Source: Mustelus asterias
Taxonomy: Eukaryota
Assembly (NCBI RefSeq): GCF_964213995.1
Contig: NC_135809.1
Coordinates: 38,130,001-38,194,000, forward strand
DNA length: 64,000 nucleotides
Direction: 5' to 3'
Position 1 is the stretch's first letter. Every line of letters starts with the position of its first letter. The notes beneath the pieces were generated by a model that saw nothing but the letters and a program-made list of their open reading frames with translations, did not search any database and was not told the origin of the DNA. Of this stretch, positions 50,000 to 62,719 are shown one piece after another. A program made the position numbers and the translations under genes.

Positions 50000-51732
50000 T
50001 GCAAAAGACAGTTCTAAGCGATCCCATAACCAACAAATCAGATCAAAACTCTGCAGTCCTGCTGCATCTAGTCATGAACGGTGATGGACAATCAAACAGC
50101 TAATAGGAGAATGCAAAAGACAAGGCTGAAGCCTTTGCAACTGTCTTCAGCTGGAAGTGCTGAGTGGATGACCCCTCTCGGCCTTCTCCTGAGTTCCTCT
50201 GCATCACAGATACCAATTAGATTCACTTTATGTGATATCAAGAAATGGCTGGAGCAATGGATAAAGCAAAGGCTACGGGCCACAACTGAATGTAGCACTG
50301 ATGGATTGTGTTCCAGAGTTAGCTGTGTCTTCAGCCAAGTTTTTCCCGTATAGCTCACTGACATCCACCCTACAAGGTAGAAAATTGACTAGGTATGCCT
50401 CGTCCACAAGAGATAGGACAAATCCATGCTGACTAATTACAGCCAAATCAGTTTATTCTCAATCATTATCAAAGTGATGACTGGGATTGTTGATATTGCT
50501 ATCAAACAGGACTTAATCAGCAATAATCTGCTCATCAGTACTCAGTTTGCGTTCTGCCAGGACCGCTCAGCCCTCGACCTCATTGCCTCTTGGTCCAAAC
50601 ATGGACAAAAGAGCTAATCTCCAGAGGTGAGGTGATAGTGACTGTTTTTGACATTAAGGCAGCATTTGACCAAGTATTGCATCAAGGAGCTCTAGCAAAA
50701 CTGAAGTAAATGGGAATCAGGGGAAGTCTCTCCACTGATGGAATTAGCCCTATCACCAAGAAAGCTAGGTATGGTTGTTGGTGGCCAATCATCTCAGCAG
50801 GATATCACTGCAGGATTTCCTCAGGGCAGAGTCCAAGACCCAACTACTTTCAGCTGCTTCATCAATGACCATCAGCCATCAAAAGGTCAAAAGTTCTTTG
50901 ATGAGTGTTCATTTCTATTCAGGAGTCCTCAGATAATGAAGCAATCCATGCTCTCATGCAGCAAGACCTGAACAACATTCAGGCTTAGGTTGATCGGTGG
51001 CTAGTAACGTTCACACCACGCAAGTCTGGATAACGACCATCTCCAAAAAGAGTCTAAGTAACTCCCCTTGACAATTCACAGGATTATTTCTATCAATAGT
51101 CTAGGGAACACCTTGGCCAAAAACTTAACTGGACCAGGCGAATAAATATTGTGGCTACAAGAGCAGTTCAAAGGCTGGGAATTTTGTGGTGAGGAGCTAA
51201 CCTCCTGACACAAAGTTTTTCAACTCCCTACAGGGCACAGGTCAGACTGTAGAGGAATATTCTCTGCTTTCCTGGACAGGTTCAGCTCCAATGACCCTCA
51301 ATTGAGAGGCTCAACACGCTTCTGGAAAAAGTAGTTTACCTGATCGGCGCTACATCCATCACTTTAAGCGGTTACTTCTTCCACCACTGGCCCACTGTAG
51401 CAGCAGTGTGTACCATCTATATGATGCAATGTAGCAAATCAGCAAGGCTTCTTTGACAGACTCTCTCAAACCTACAAAAAAGGTCAAGGATAGCAGGCAC
51501 ATGGGAAGCCCATCCCTTCGAGTCCCACACCATCCTGATTTGGAAATACATCACCGTTCTTTCATCATCACTGGTCTTGGAGCTACCTAATATCACTGTG
51601 GGTATACCTACATCTTGTGGATTGCAACATTTTATAAAGGTGGTTCACTGTGATTTTCTCAAGGGCAATTAGGGATGGGCAATAAATGCTGCTCTTACCA
51701 GCAACACACACATCCCACAAATGAATTTAAAA
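50000..51732 (+). mobile_element. Degraded LINE (CR1/L2 group), RT to 3' tail
   Basis: NYSQISLFSII, FDIKAAFDQV and GFPQGRV.DP remnants; tail AAGGGCAATTAGGGATGGGCAATAAATGCTG. Confidence 0.75.
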
Positions 51733-51849
51733 AGCGCACTGTTATAAATAATTGCCTCATAAAACAGTGCCTAGTGTTTTGTCTGTTGACCTTTCTGGAT
51801 CAGCTTACTGTTCCTCCTTGAATATCCTCACACTTTGCCAGTTTTTGAG

Positions 51850-52460
51850 TTGAGAGGAGGTGGATTATGTTGCAGTGAAGAGGATAGTAACAGACATCAG
51901 GAGGATGTGAACTGGGAGATGAATTGAGCAGATGCATGGTGGATGGAAATGCAGAAAACTGAAATAATTCATTTTGTCAGGAAGAATGAGGAGAGGCAAT
52001 GGAAAGTAAATGACAACATTTGAGGTGGAGGAACAGAGAGGCTTGGGTTTTACATACAGAAAACATTGAAGGTGGCAGGTTGAGAAGGTTTGAGAAGAAG
52101 TTGAGAAAACATACAAGATCTCTGGCTTTATAAACCTTACAAAAGCAAGGGAGTTATGCTAAACCTTTATAAACCACTGGTTTGAGCCCAGCTGGAGTAT
52201 TGTAAATAATTCTGGACATCACATTGAGGTAAGATGTTAAAGGCTTCAAGAGGGTGCAGCAGAGATTTATTACAATAATGCCAAGATTAAAGGGCTTCAG
52301 TTACATGGAAATACTGGAGAAACAAAAGTTATTCATCTTAAAACAGAGAAACTTAATGGAAGATTGTTAGAATTGTTCAAATAATGAAAGGCTTTTGTAC
52401 AGTTCATAAAGGGAAACTAATTCCAGTGGCAGATGAGTCAAAAATCAGTGGACTGAGATT
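51850..52460 (+). mobile_element. Degraded CR1 3' fragment
   Basis: LYKPLV..QLEYC..FW remnant at ~52160-52215. Confidence 0.6.
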
Positions 52461-53749
52461 CATCTGCCCATGCTTGATGTGGAGTGGTACCCTTCAAGCT
52501 ATATAATAGAGTTGTCTACGGTCCCTTGGTGACTATGGCTAATTATCTACCTCGTTGAGCCCTAATAAAGAAGCTGGAAGTGATTTGTGGACTTGGTCAA
52601 ACCATTGCTCATGGTGTGAATTCCAGCTCAGAGAAAAAGAAAACATCACATTTGATACATTCATCCATGATGTGTGGGATGGTCTTATAAATGTTGGAGT
52701 GTTTGTCAAAGAGTTACAGCGTTCATTTTCAGAGACAATGTATTATTATCAACAGATCCGTTTGGGAATTAAGTGCTTTCTTTTTAGCATCCTGCTAAGA
52801 AGTAAAACTTTGTAAACAGTACTCTCAAGGCACGACTCAAGGAAGAATTTTGAAGTCTTGATTTAACTATCCGTATAAACAAAGTGACCACAACAGCAGA
52901 GCAGAGAGTGGCTGCCTTCTGACCCCTCAACACCTCATCACCGTCTACAAGATTCAAGTTAGGAGTGTAAATACTCACTGTTTGCATGCTGGTTTCAGCC
53001 ACAACATTCAACAAGCTCAGCATCACTGACAACAGCAACTTTATATTGGTCAGTGTCCCTGTCACTGGGCGCAATGTCCACTGCTGCTACATTTGGTTCC
53101 AGTACATGCAATTTACAGGATGCACTAGCAATCCACCAGATTTATTTCAACAGCACCTTCCCTACTCTGGGACCAATACCAGCAAGAAGGACAAGGTCAG
53201 CAATGTTGCAGAAATGCCATCACCTCCAAGTTCCCTTCCACATTCCACTCAGTCTTAACCTGGATATCGTACATATCCATTCCTTTATCGTTGCTAGGTA
53301 AGTATGTTGAAATGACTAACTTAATGCTAGCGTGGGCACCATCATCATAAGGGTTACAATGGTTTAAGAAAATCCAACACCACCTTCACAGGCAACTAAG
53401 GATGGGAAATAAACATGGTCTTGCTAGCATTGCTTATATGCCAAGAACAGATATAAAAAGGTCGCTCGAATAATCAGGAAGGTGATGACAGTCTGAGTGT
53501 CCTTGAGCAACTGTTATTTCATCATAATAAAGATCCTGCTCCTGTTCATTATTAGTTTCACAAATTGAGGATCTGTTCTCCTGACGGCAATGAGAAGATG
53601 CATCAGAAAACTTACAGCTACAGGTAGTCATCTGGGGCTGACAGAATTAAGTACGAGTCCAGCAAGGACATGGTAATGTCAGAGGTATAGTATTTCACTT
53701 AGTAGGAGAATTTGTTGAGTATAGCTGTTTTAAATTTCATTATTTTAAA

Positions 53750-55130
53750 AATTTGTTCAAGGGATGTGGGCGTCACTGGCTAGGCCAGCACTTATTTCCC
53801 ATCCCAATTGCCCTCAATAAGATGGTGCTGAGCTGCCTTCTTGAACCTCTGCAGTCCCTGTGATGTGGGTATAGCCATAGAGAGGGAGTTCCAGGATTTT
53901 TAATTAGTGACAGTGAAGGAACGGCGATATATTTGCAAGTTAGGGTGGTGAGTGGCTTGGAGGGAAACTCTCAGATAGTGGTGTTCCCATGTACCTGTTA
54001 GATGGTAGTGGTTGTAGGTTTGGAAGATGCTGTCTAAGGAGCCTTGGTGAGTTCCTGCAATGCATCTTTGTAGATAGCATACACTGCTGCTACTGTGCAT
54101 CGGTGGTGAAGGGAGTGAATGACCATGAACGGAGTGTCAATCAAGCAGTCTGCTTTGTCCTGGATGGTTTCAAACCTTTTCAGTGTCGTTGCAGCTACAC
54201 TCATTCAGGTAAGGGGAGAGGATTCCATCAAACACCTGATATACGTCTTGTAGATGGTGGACAGGCTTTGGGGAGTCAGGAGGTGAGTTACTAACTGCAT
54301 GATTCCTTGCCTCTGACTTACCTATGTGGTCACGGTATTTATATGGCTAGTCCAGTTAAGTTTCTGGTCAGTGGTGATCCACATTGGTCAATGGTGACCC
54401 CCATCATTATCAGAATGATGATAATGGGGGATTCAGTGATGATAATACCAGGGACAATGGTTAGATTCTCTCTTGCTGACAGTGGTTGTTGTCTGGCACT
54501 TGTATGACACGAATGTTACTTGCCACTTGTCAGGCCAAGTTTGGATATTGTGCAGCTCTTGATGCATTTGGACATGAAATGTTTCAGTATCTGAGCAGTT
54601 GAGAATAGTGCTGAAAATTGTGCAATCAGCAGCGACCATTCCCATTTCTATCCTGACGAACCCCTGCAGTGATGTCCTGGGATTGAGATGATTGATCTCT
54701 AACAACCACAACCATCTTCCTTTGTGATAGGTATGACTCCATCAGAGAGCTTTCTCCCTTTGCTAGGGTTCCTTGATGCCACACTCAATTAACTGATGCC
54801 TTGATGTCAAGGGCAGTCACTCTCACCTCATCTCTGGAATTCAACTCTTTTTTGCATATTTGAACCAAGCCTGCAATGAGGTCAGGAATTGAGTGACCCT
54901 GGCAGAACACAAACTGAGCATCAGTAACTAGGTTATTGCTGAGTAAGTGCCACTTGATAGCACTGTTAATGACCCCTTCCATCATTTTACTGATGATCGA
55001 GAGTAGGCTGATGGGGAGGTTATTGGTTGATTGCATTGCCCTTTCTGCGTATAGAATATACCTGGGCAATTTTCCACATTACTGGGTAGATGCCAGTGCT
55101 GTGGCTGCGCTGGAACAGCTTGGATATGAT
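53750..55130 (-). mobile_element. Degraded LINE, same family as 50000-51732
   Basis: ORF 54785-55069 PISLLSIISKMMEGVIN...ALDIKA; tail at 53755-53815. Confidence 0.75.
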
Positions 55131-55297
55131 TAGCAGATTTTATTGTTCCCTATTTTAAAATATGAATTGACAATTTCAAAATTGAAATTGCAGGTATTAA
55201 CAGTTATAGAGCCAAAGAATGTGGGTGGCATTAAGATACAGCTCAACGATAATCTAATTCAATGGCAGAACTGGCTCAACAGGTTGTCCAAATGTGC

Positions 55298-55617
55298 TTA
55301 GAATCCTACAGTGCAGAAGGAGGCCATTTGGCCCATCGAGTCTGCACCGACCACAATCCCACACAGGCCCTATCCCCACAGCCATATGCATTTATCCTAG
55401 CTAGTCCCCCTGACACTAAGGGGCAATTTCACATGGCCAATTCGCCTAACCCGCACATCTTTGGACTGTGGGAGGAAACCGGAGCACCCGGAGGAAACCC
55501 ACGGAGACACGGGGAGAACGTGCAGACTCCACACAGACAGTGACCCAAGCCGGGATTCGAACCCGGGTCTCTGGCGCTGTGAGGCAGCAGTGCTAACCAC
55601 TTTGCCACCGCGCTGCC
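55298..55617 (-). mobile_element. HE1-like SINE
   Basis: Full head, body and tail. Confidence 0.88.
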
Positions 55618-55741
55618 ATCTGACCAAGGAGGTGAAACTGCTCTCAACGATATGAGAAGTGTAAGGTTAGTGAAGGCCTAAATATCTGCCAATTTAAGTG
55701 TTTTGGAGGTTATTTGGGGAATGGTCATAAACAGGCACTAA

Positions 55742-55854
55742 GGACGGGATTTCCAGCCACGTTCGCCCCAAGGCCAGACCTTTGCACGGTTCGCCGAATT
55801 TTCTGTTCCACCCGCTATGATTCCCGTGGCGGGTGGGATGAGAAAGTTTGGCCC
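55742..55854. mobile_element. PIF/Harbinger-type MITE
   Basis: TAA|GGACGGGATTTCC...GAAAGTTTGGCCC|TAA: TAA target-site duplication and imperfect TIRs. Confidence 0.65.
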
Positions 55855-56152
55855 TAAGTGTGTGCTGTGTTAATAAGACATACCTGTTTGAAAACCTAAT
55901 TGTAGCATGTCATTTTGGAGCTAATTGATGATCAACACGATTTAAAGATTCATGGTGGGGCTAAACTGGACCCCTGCACACTTAGCACTCAATCGCTGAT
56001 TTGAAGTAATTTTGCTGGAGTAAGTCATCTCCATGCATCCACAGTTTGGATCAGGGACCCAGAGAAGGGCACAGACTCTTAGATGTGGCATTGGAAATTC
56101 AGTTGGAGGCAGTATAGGGAAGGATGGATGTCTTTTTTACCTACAGTGGAGA

Positions 56153-56687
56153 CAATGGCAATGGCCCAGTGGTATTATCGCGAGACTATTAATCCAGAAA
56201 CTCAACTAATGTTCTGGGACCCGGGTTCGAATCCCGCCATGGCAGATGGAGGAATTTGAATTCAATAAAAAATATCTGGAATTAAGAATCTACTGATGAC
56301 CATGAAACCATTGTCAATTGTCAGAAAAACCCATCTGATTCACGAATGTCCTTTAGGGAAGGAAATCTGCCATCTTACCTGGTCTGGCCTACAGGTGACT
56401 CCAGAGCCACAGCAATGTGGTTGACTCTCAACTGCCCTCAGAAATGTGTTCACTCACTTGATGAAGAGGCAGCGCTCCGAAAGTTCATGATACCAAATAA
56501 ATCTGTTGGACTTTAACCTGGTGTTGTGAGACTTCTTACGGTGCCCACCCCAGTCCAATGCTGGCATCTCCACATCATGGCCCTCTGAAATGGTCTAGCG
56601 AGCCATTCAGTTCAAGGGCGACGAGGGATGGGCAAAAAATGTTGGCCAGCCAGCGACGCCAATTTCCCACGAACGAACAAAAAAAAA
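56153..56687 (+). mobile_element. tRNA-derived SINE (second family) with a nested Penelope-like insert at 56447-56579
   Basis: Insert flanked by GCCCTCAGAAATG and GCCCTCTGAAATG. Confidence 0.8.
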
Positions 56688-56882
56688 TGACCACAGATAA
56701 TGTTAATGTTAATGGGAGGGATTGCCCAGAACAGAGCAGCTGGAAGCCACAGGCCAATGGCTCCAGTGCCACAAGAAGTGTAATGATACGACATGAATGG
56801 TCAAAGTAAGAGGCCATCCCATAAGCACCTACTGCTCAATGACGTCACTGCCAACAACATCACAACCTCAACACCAGTGTTA

Positions 56883-57055
56883 AGCCTAATCCGCACATCT
56901 TTAGACTGTGGGAGGAAACCAGAGCACCCGGAGGAAACCCACGCAGACACGAGGAGAATGTGCAAACTCCACACAGACAGTGACCCAAGCCGGGAATCGA
57001 ACCCAGGTCCCTGGAGCTGTGAAGCAGCAGTGCTAACCAGTGTGCTACCGTGCCG
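56883..57055 (-). mobile_element. HE1-like SINE 5' half
   Basis: Near-identical to 49345-49515. Confidence 0.85.
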
Positions 57056-57719
57056 AATGATAACGCATTTTCTATAACTCATTATGAAATATTTGATGTG
57101 TATTAAATGTTAACCTTATTCATGGGGTAATGGTTAATGCACATACCCGATTTCAATCTTGCGGCCCACTCCCACTGAGATGAAAGGGGGCCACTCATAC
57201 AGCCCATTCACTAGCCTAAACTGCCCATCACTGCTCAACACACTGCAACCACCATCAAATTATACACTGACATTTACGCACTACACATACTTCAGACAGA
57301 TCTCACAGCTTTTCAACCACCTGTGGAATACACACAAATACATTCATTCACAACCACTACTCTTTCTTTTCCAGGACGAGGTAGCACGTATCAGATGCCA
57401 ACAAAGCCTGAGCAGTGAATGGGAAGCATTACTACATAATAGCACTCCCAATAAATAGGCAGTGTTGGCAGTGATAGGAAGGTGAGTGGGTTACTGACAC
57501 CACAGGCAGAGTGCATGAATGAGGATTCACACTAGCTGTACACCTGGGCTCCTTATGGGATCAATGCACAATGAGTTTAAACATGAATAGTATGGCATGT
57601 GTTGTGCACGTGAGCTTAAGGCAAGGGTATCTTCTTAAGATTAAGATTTGTGGAATGTATGAAAATCACTCATTCGCGTCACTGATGGTCTGGAAAATGT
57701 TAGATCATCTGTGTTTATA

Positions 57720-58035
57720 GCATCATGGTGTGGCACAGTGGCACCAGGGACCCGGGTTCAATTCTCAGCTTGGATCACTGTCTGTGTGGAGTTTGCACAT
57801 TCTCCCCATGTTAATACATGTGACAATAATAAATCAAATCAAATCAAAATCAAATCAAATGTCTGCGTGGGTTTCCTCCGGGTGCTCCAGTTTCCTCCCA
57901 TGTCTGAAAGACATGCTGGTTAGGTGCATTGACACAAATAGGCGCCAGAGTGTGGCGATTAGGGGAATTTCACAGTAACTTCATTGCAATAATGTAAGCC
58001 TTACTTGTGACTAATAAAAAAATAAACTATAAACA
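57720..58035 (+). mobile_element. HE1-like SINE (alternative tail) with a ~50-bp (AAATC)n-tailed insert
   Basis: Insert 57812-57858 flanked by ATGT. Confidence 0.75.
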
Positions 58036-58195
58036 AAATGAAGAGTTGCAAATCAAGAATGTCAATCTACAAGCTCTGGGTCACTGACACCAACTGTCGT
58101 GCATTTACTGCCGATCTTAATGAGATAGTTAAGCATCTACTCTGAAGTTTGATGTTAAACACAAGTTGACAAAGAATTATTTCCAATTGATGCAG

Positions 58196-58806
58196 CTCCA
58201 ACTTTCCTCCTGGGAGAGACCTAATCGACATGCTGTGCCGGTTTCAAAAATTTTTGCAGGTCCAGGCGGAGAATTTCTGTTGGAAGATAAGCATGTAAGA
58301 TACAGCGGCTTTCATCCCAAGGCACGACATAGACATGCCCTTCACCCACCCTCCCACAAAGATGTGATGGAAGAATTCTTCCAAAGATTGCATGCATCTC
58401 TGCAGAAGCGATGCCCCTCTCTAAATCATCTCAATTGGCTGGACATTGGAAAGTTTACACCCACCTTCTCTAACAGGTCAGACAGAGAGGTTGACAGTAA
58501 TGTCTGGAGATGTTATGTTTCCCAAGGTTCCAAACAGCGTTCTACTGCAGGACGAGCACGTGTTTCCAAGCTGCTTGCTTCAACATATCCAATCGCCATT
58601 CCACCCCCTTCAAAAATGGGGGAAAATACTTGGCTGCAATTTCTGTCCAGTGGCAATTTTTACATTGATTTACAAGGGAAGAAGAAAGCAATTACATTAT
58701 TGGAAAAAGAGCAGGAACATAACAAGAAGCTGAAGATGAAGAGTGAAAGCCGAATGCCTCCACTTGACAGTCACGGGAACATTCTCCATCCAGAACACAT
58801 GAAAGG
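58196..58806 (+). CDS. TEX52: TEX52 (testis-expressed protein 52) main coding exon; the last exon lies outside the window or was not found
   Basis: WLDIGKF, DSNVWR, IPPPSKMGEN and KLKMKSESRMPPLDSHGNILHP match recalled human TEX52 motifs; acceptor tgcag|CTC; donor GG|GTAAGA; syntenic downstream of FOXM1. Confidence 0.88.
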
Positions 58807-58924
58807 GTAAGAGATGTTCAATATTGCTTGCCAATGTTTTCTAAAACAAGTTTCTTTCTTTTATTTTTGCCTCTTCTGTGTCTACCTGACACTAACACTT
58901 CTGCAAGCTATGGAATCAGAAACT

Positions 58925-59237
58925 CAGAGACATGGTACAGTGGTGGGGTGGCAAAGTGGCACTGGTGCCTCATAGAGCCAGGGACCTGCGTTCGATCCTT
59001 GGCTTGGGCCATTGTCTGTGCAGAGTCTGCATGTTCTCCCCGTGTCTGCATGGGTTTCTTCTGGGTGTTCCGGTTTCCTCCCACAGTCTGAAAGACGTGC
59101 TGGTTCGGTGCATTGGCTGTGCTAAATTCTCCCTCAGTGTACCTAAACAGGCACCAGAGTGTGGCAACTAAGGGATTTTCACAGTAACTTCATTGTAGTG
59201 TTAATGTAAGCTTACCTGTGACGCTAATAATTAATTT
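58925..59237 (+). mobile_element. HE1-like SINE (alternative tail)
   Basis: TGCATGTTCTCCCCGTGTCTGC body; CAGTAACTTCATTG...AATGTAAGC tail. Confidence 0.75.
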
Positions 59238-59239
59238 TA

Positions 59240-61190
59240 AGAATTGTACTGGGAAATTAAGGCCATTCAACCCATCGAGCCTGCACCAGCTCATTCAAAG
59301 AGCAATCCAGTTAATTCCATACCCTTGTTCTTTCTCTCATACACCTGCAATTCTTTTCTCCTTCAAGGATTTATCCAGTTCCCTTTTGAAGTCAGCTATT
59401 AAATTGTATTCACTATCCTATCACTCAATGCATTCTAAATCCTAACTAGGCATTACACAAGAACGTTTTTTCCTCATTCTTTTGCCTTTTAGTTATTGGA
59501 AATAGTTTCCCTTCACCTAAATCATTTGTAATTTAAAACACCTCTATGCAGGTCTCCTCTTTAAGCTTCTCTTTGCCAAAGGACATTAACCTCGGCTTCA
59601 CTAGTCTATTCCCATGACTGTAATCCCTTATTTCTGGAACCTTCCTCGTAAAACTGTCCCATATCTCCCAAAAGCCTTCATGCCCATTCTAAAATGAGGT
59701 GTCCAGAATTGAACACAATATGCCAGCTGGAACCACACATGTGTCTTACATATTCATAGAATCATAAAATCTCTACAGCGCAGAAAGTAGCCATTCGGCC
59801 CATCGAGGCTGCATCGACAACAATCCTATCCAGGCCCTATCCCCGTAACCCCCACGTATTTACCCTGCTAATCTCCTTGACACTAAGGGGCAATTTAGGA
59901 TGGCCAATCAACCTAACCCGTACATCTTTGCACTGTGGGAGGAAACTGGAGCAGCCGAAGGAAACCCACGCAGACATGGGGGGAACTTGCAAACTCCGCA
60001 CAGACAGTCAGCCGAGGTCGGAATTGAACCCGGGTCCCTGGCACTGTGAGGCAGCAGTGCTAACCACTGTGCTGGTCCAGAGGTATGTTTATACCCCCTG
60101 ATTTTTGTACATCTGCTCTTATTTATAAAGCCCAGGATTGCCTACGCGCTATTAAATACTTTATTAATCCATCCTTCCATTTTCAAACACCCCCAGGTCT
60201 CTCCGTTCATGCTTCCTCTTCAAAATTACATAATTTAGTATTTATGGTTTCTCCTCCTTCTTCTGACCAAAATGTATGAGCTCATACTTATCACCGATGT
60301 TGAATTCCATCTGCCATTTTCCTGCTCATTTTGCCAGCCTGTTCCCTTGGGTCTATCTCTATCGTCCTCACTGTTGACTGCACTTCCAAGCTCTATGTCA
60401 TCTGAAAATGTGGAAATTGTGCCCTATAGTTCCAAGTCTAAGACATTCATGGATCTCAGAAACAGCAGTGATCCTAGTTCTGAACTTGCGGGGAATGCTA
60501 TTGTGTACCACTCTCTAGTTTGAGAAACAGCCATTCATCACAACCTTCTGTTTCCTATCCTTAGTCAATTTTATATCCATGCTGCCTTTTTGCCCCTTCT
60601 ATCCCATGGGCTGCAGTTTTGTTAAGAATCCTACCCTTTGATACCTTATCAAGCAGCTTTTGGAAGTCCCGTACATAAGATCTCTTACCCTCATCCACCC
60701 TTTCTTTCACCTCATCAAAAAGCTCAAGTTAGTCAAACACAATTTTCCCTTAATAAATACATCAGGCTCCTCTTTATTCATCTATACTTGTCCAAGTGGC
60801 TGTTAATTCTCTCCTGATTATTGTTCCTAAAACCATTCCCACCACTGACCAGCTACAGTTGACTGGTTTATCCTTACCCCTTTTAATTAATGAGGGTGTA
60901 ACATTCACAATCCTCCAGTACTCTTACAGTGCCCCTCTAAAAGCAGCACTGGAAAATTATTGCCAGCACCTTGGCAATTTCCGCTCAGCAATGTAAAATG
61001 CGTCCCATCTAGACCAGGTGATTTCTCTAATTAAAGTCATGCCAGATACTTTACAACCTTCTCTCTACCTATGTTTATCTCATCCAGTCCCCTGACAATC
61101 TCCTTGGTTACCGTTCCTTTGGCAAATTCCTCATTTCGTTCCTGGACGATGCCTTTTGCCTCCACCAATGGATCTCTGATTTGGTCCCTA
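59240..61190 (-). mobile_element. Old degraded CR1 with a nested HE1-like SINE (59755-60072)
   Basis: Minus-strand RT remnant DFQKLLDKVS at ~60640-60670; SINE head and tail. Confidence 0.65.
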
Positions 61191-62474
61191 ATCTACTCAA
61201 TGGGCTGATTTTAGGGTAAGTGATGCCCACTGGTGAGATGTGGTGGGAAATGCAAGAGCTGGCTGAGCTACTTTTTAAGTGTGATCAGGCACTTGAGTTG
61301 GCACCGCTGCGAGAATTAAATCCCGAGTGAGGCAGAAATTCCACCCCGGCAGCTCTACGTGACAGGGAGTGGCGGCTGCTGCAATAATCCAGTGAGGCTT
61401 TCACCAGAGAGCAACACTGGATTGCTGGAGACAGCTGAGTGTGAGCATGTTGGGATTCACAGAGAGGGGTTTGCGGAGGAAGATCAGATGCAAGGCGGCT
61501 CTCAGCGGCCACTCTCCTTCCTGCTCGCAGCATCTTTGATGAAGCACTAAGCCTTTGAAAGAGGGACAGCACTCACTGCGCACCCCCCTCCCCAACCCCC
61601 CTGTAACTAGACAGGGTTTGCTGTGTGACCTTCAGGGAACAAAAGAAACCCAAGCGGGTTTGATACAACCCCTGGGTCAGCACTAAATCCCAGTGGGATG
61701 AGGGATAATGGTCAGTTTTCCAGCTGGAGGGAATGGGATGCACGGCCGGCCCACTTGCTGCCTAGCCCACTCCGACGGGCTCCATTAAATCCCAAGAAAA
61801 ATAATTTTTACACAGTGCATAGTAGCAGCAAATCAAAAGTGTGAGTTATTTACTTGTTCTGGCATTCATTTTGTGACAGACTTTCCTGCAGCTTTCATAT
61901 TACCTTCTATCAACACTTAATACTTAAATTGCAGTTTATCTACGCTAGCCATGCTCACTGACAGACCTCTGCGCTATCATCTGTGGTCAGAGTGATTCTC
62001 ATGCACATTCCTATAAATATCTCAACAGATTAAATTTACTCTGTGAGTGATACTTTATAATCATTTTAGCAATCTAGCGATTCACCACCAACTTCTGAAG
62101 GGAAATCAGGAGTGGGCAAATAATACCGGCCTAGCCAGTGACACCCACATCCTGTGAAAGAATAAAGAAAAAAGTAATACAAATCATAATTAATTCTTCT
62201 TTACTCCTAGCCCTGGCTTTAACAAAGATATGGTCCAAAATTTTGCAGCCCTTCCCACCCAGTGGGATATTACCGTTCCACCGCGTAAACAGCAATTTAA
62301 ATGACCCGCCACTTCCTCCAGTGGGAGACACATCATAGAGGGGCCATAAATCCTGGCCACGGAGTAAGTGAACTTGGATAGGACCCAAAGGTGAGCATGG
62401 GTATAGTACTGCCTAATTAGCCTGCGTTCATTGCTTCTGATGCACATAGCACACACACTTTATTCTGCCTGCAT

Positions 62475-62655
62475 GCCCAATCCACCTAACCTGCACATCT
62501 TTGGACTGTGGGAGGAAACCGGAGCACCCGGAGGAAACCCATGCAGACACGGGGAGAATGTGCAAACTCCACACAGACAGTGACCTCAGGCCGAAATTGA
62601 ACCTGGGTCCCTGGCATTGTGAGGCAGCAGTGTTACCATTGTGCCACCATGCCGA
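62475..62655 (-). mobile_element. HE1-like SINE 5' half
   Basis: tRNA head and V-like body. Confidence 0.8.
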
Positions 62656-62719
62656 AGCGTTGATGTATAAAGTTGTTATGGAATATTTGGTTTGGGGTTT
62701 ACTTTTTTCAGGTTAAAAG

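Larger units (their letters stand above)
56040..57560 (+). pseudogene. Fossil Harbinger Myb/SANT-like gene, interrupted by SINEs
   Basis: Remnants LLDVALEIQLEAV..RMDVFF (~56075-56140), WLQCHKKCND...MVK|gtaag (~56758-56810) and cag|DEVARIR (57376). Confidence 0.5.

Noticed and set aside
6305-62716. Recurrent 'MDCGRKPEHPEETHADT' and 'GSLSVWSLH' ORFs as a gene family
   Set aside because: They are translations of HE1-like SINE copies
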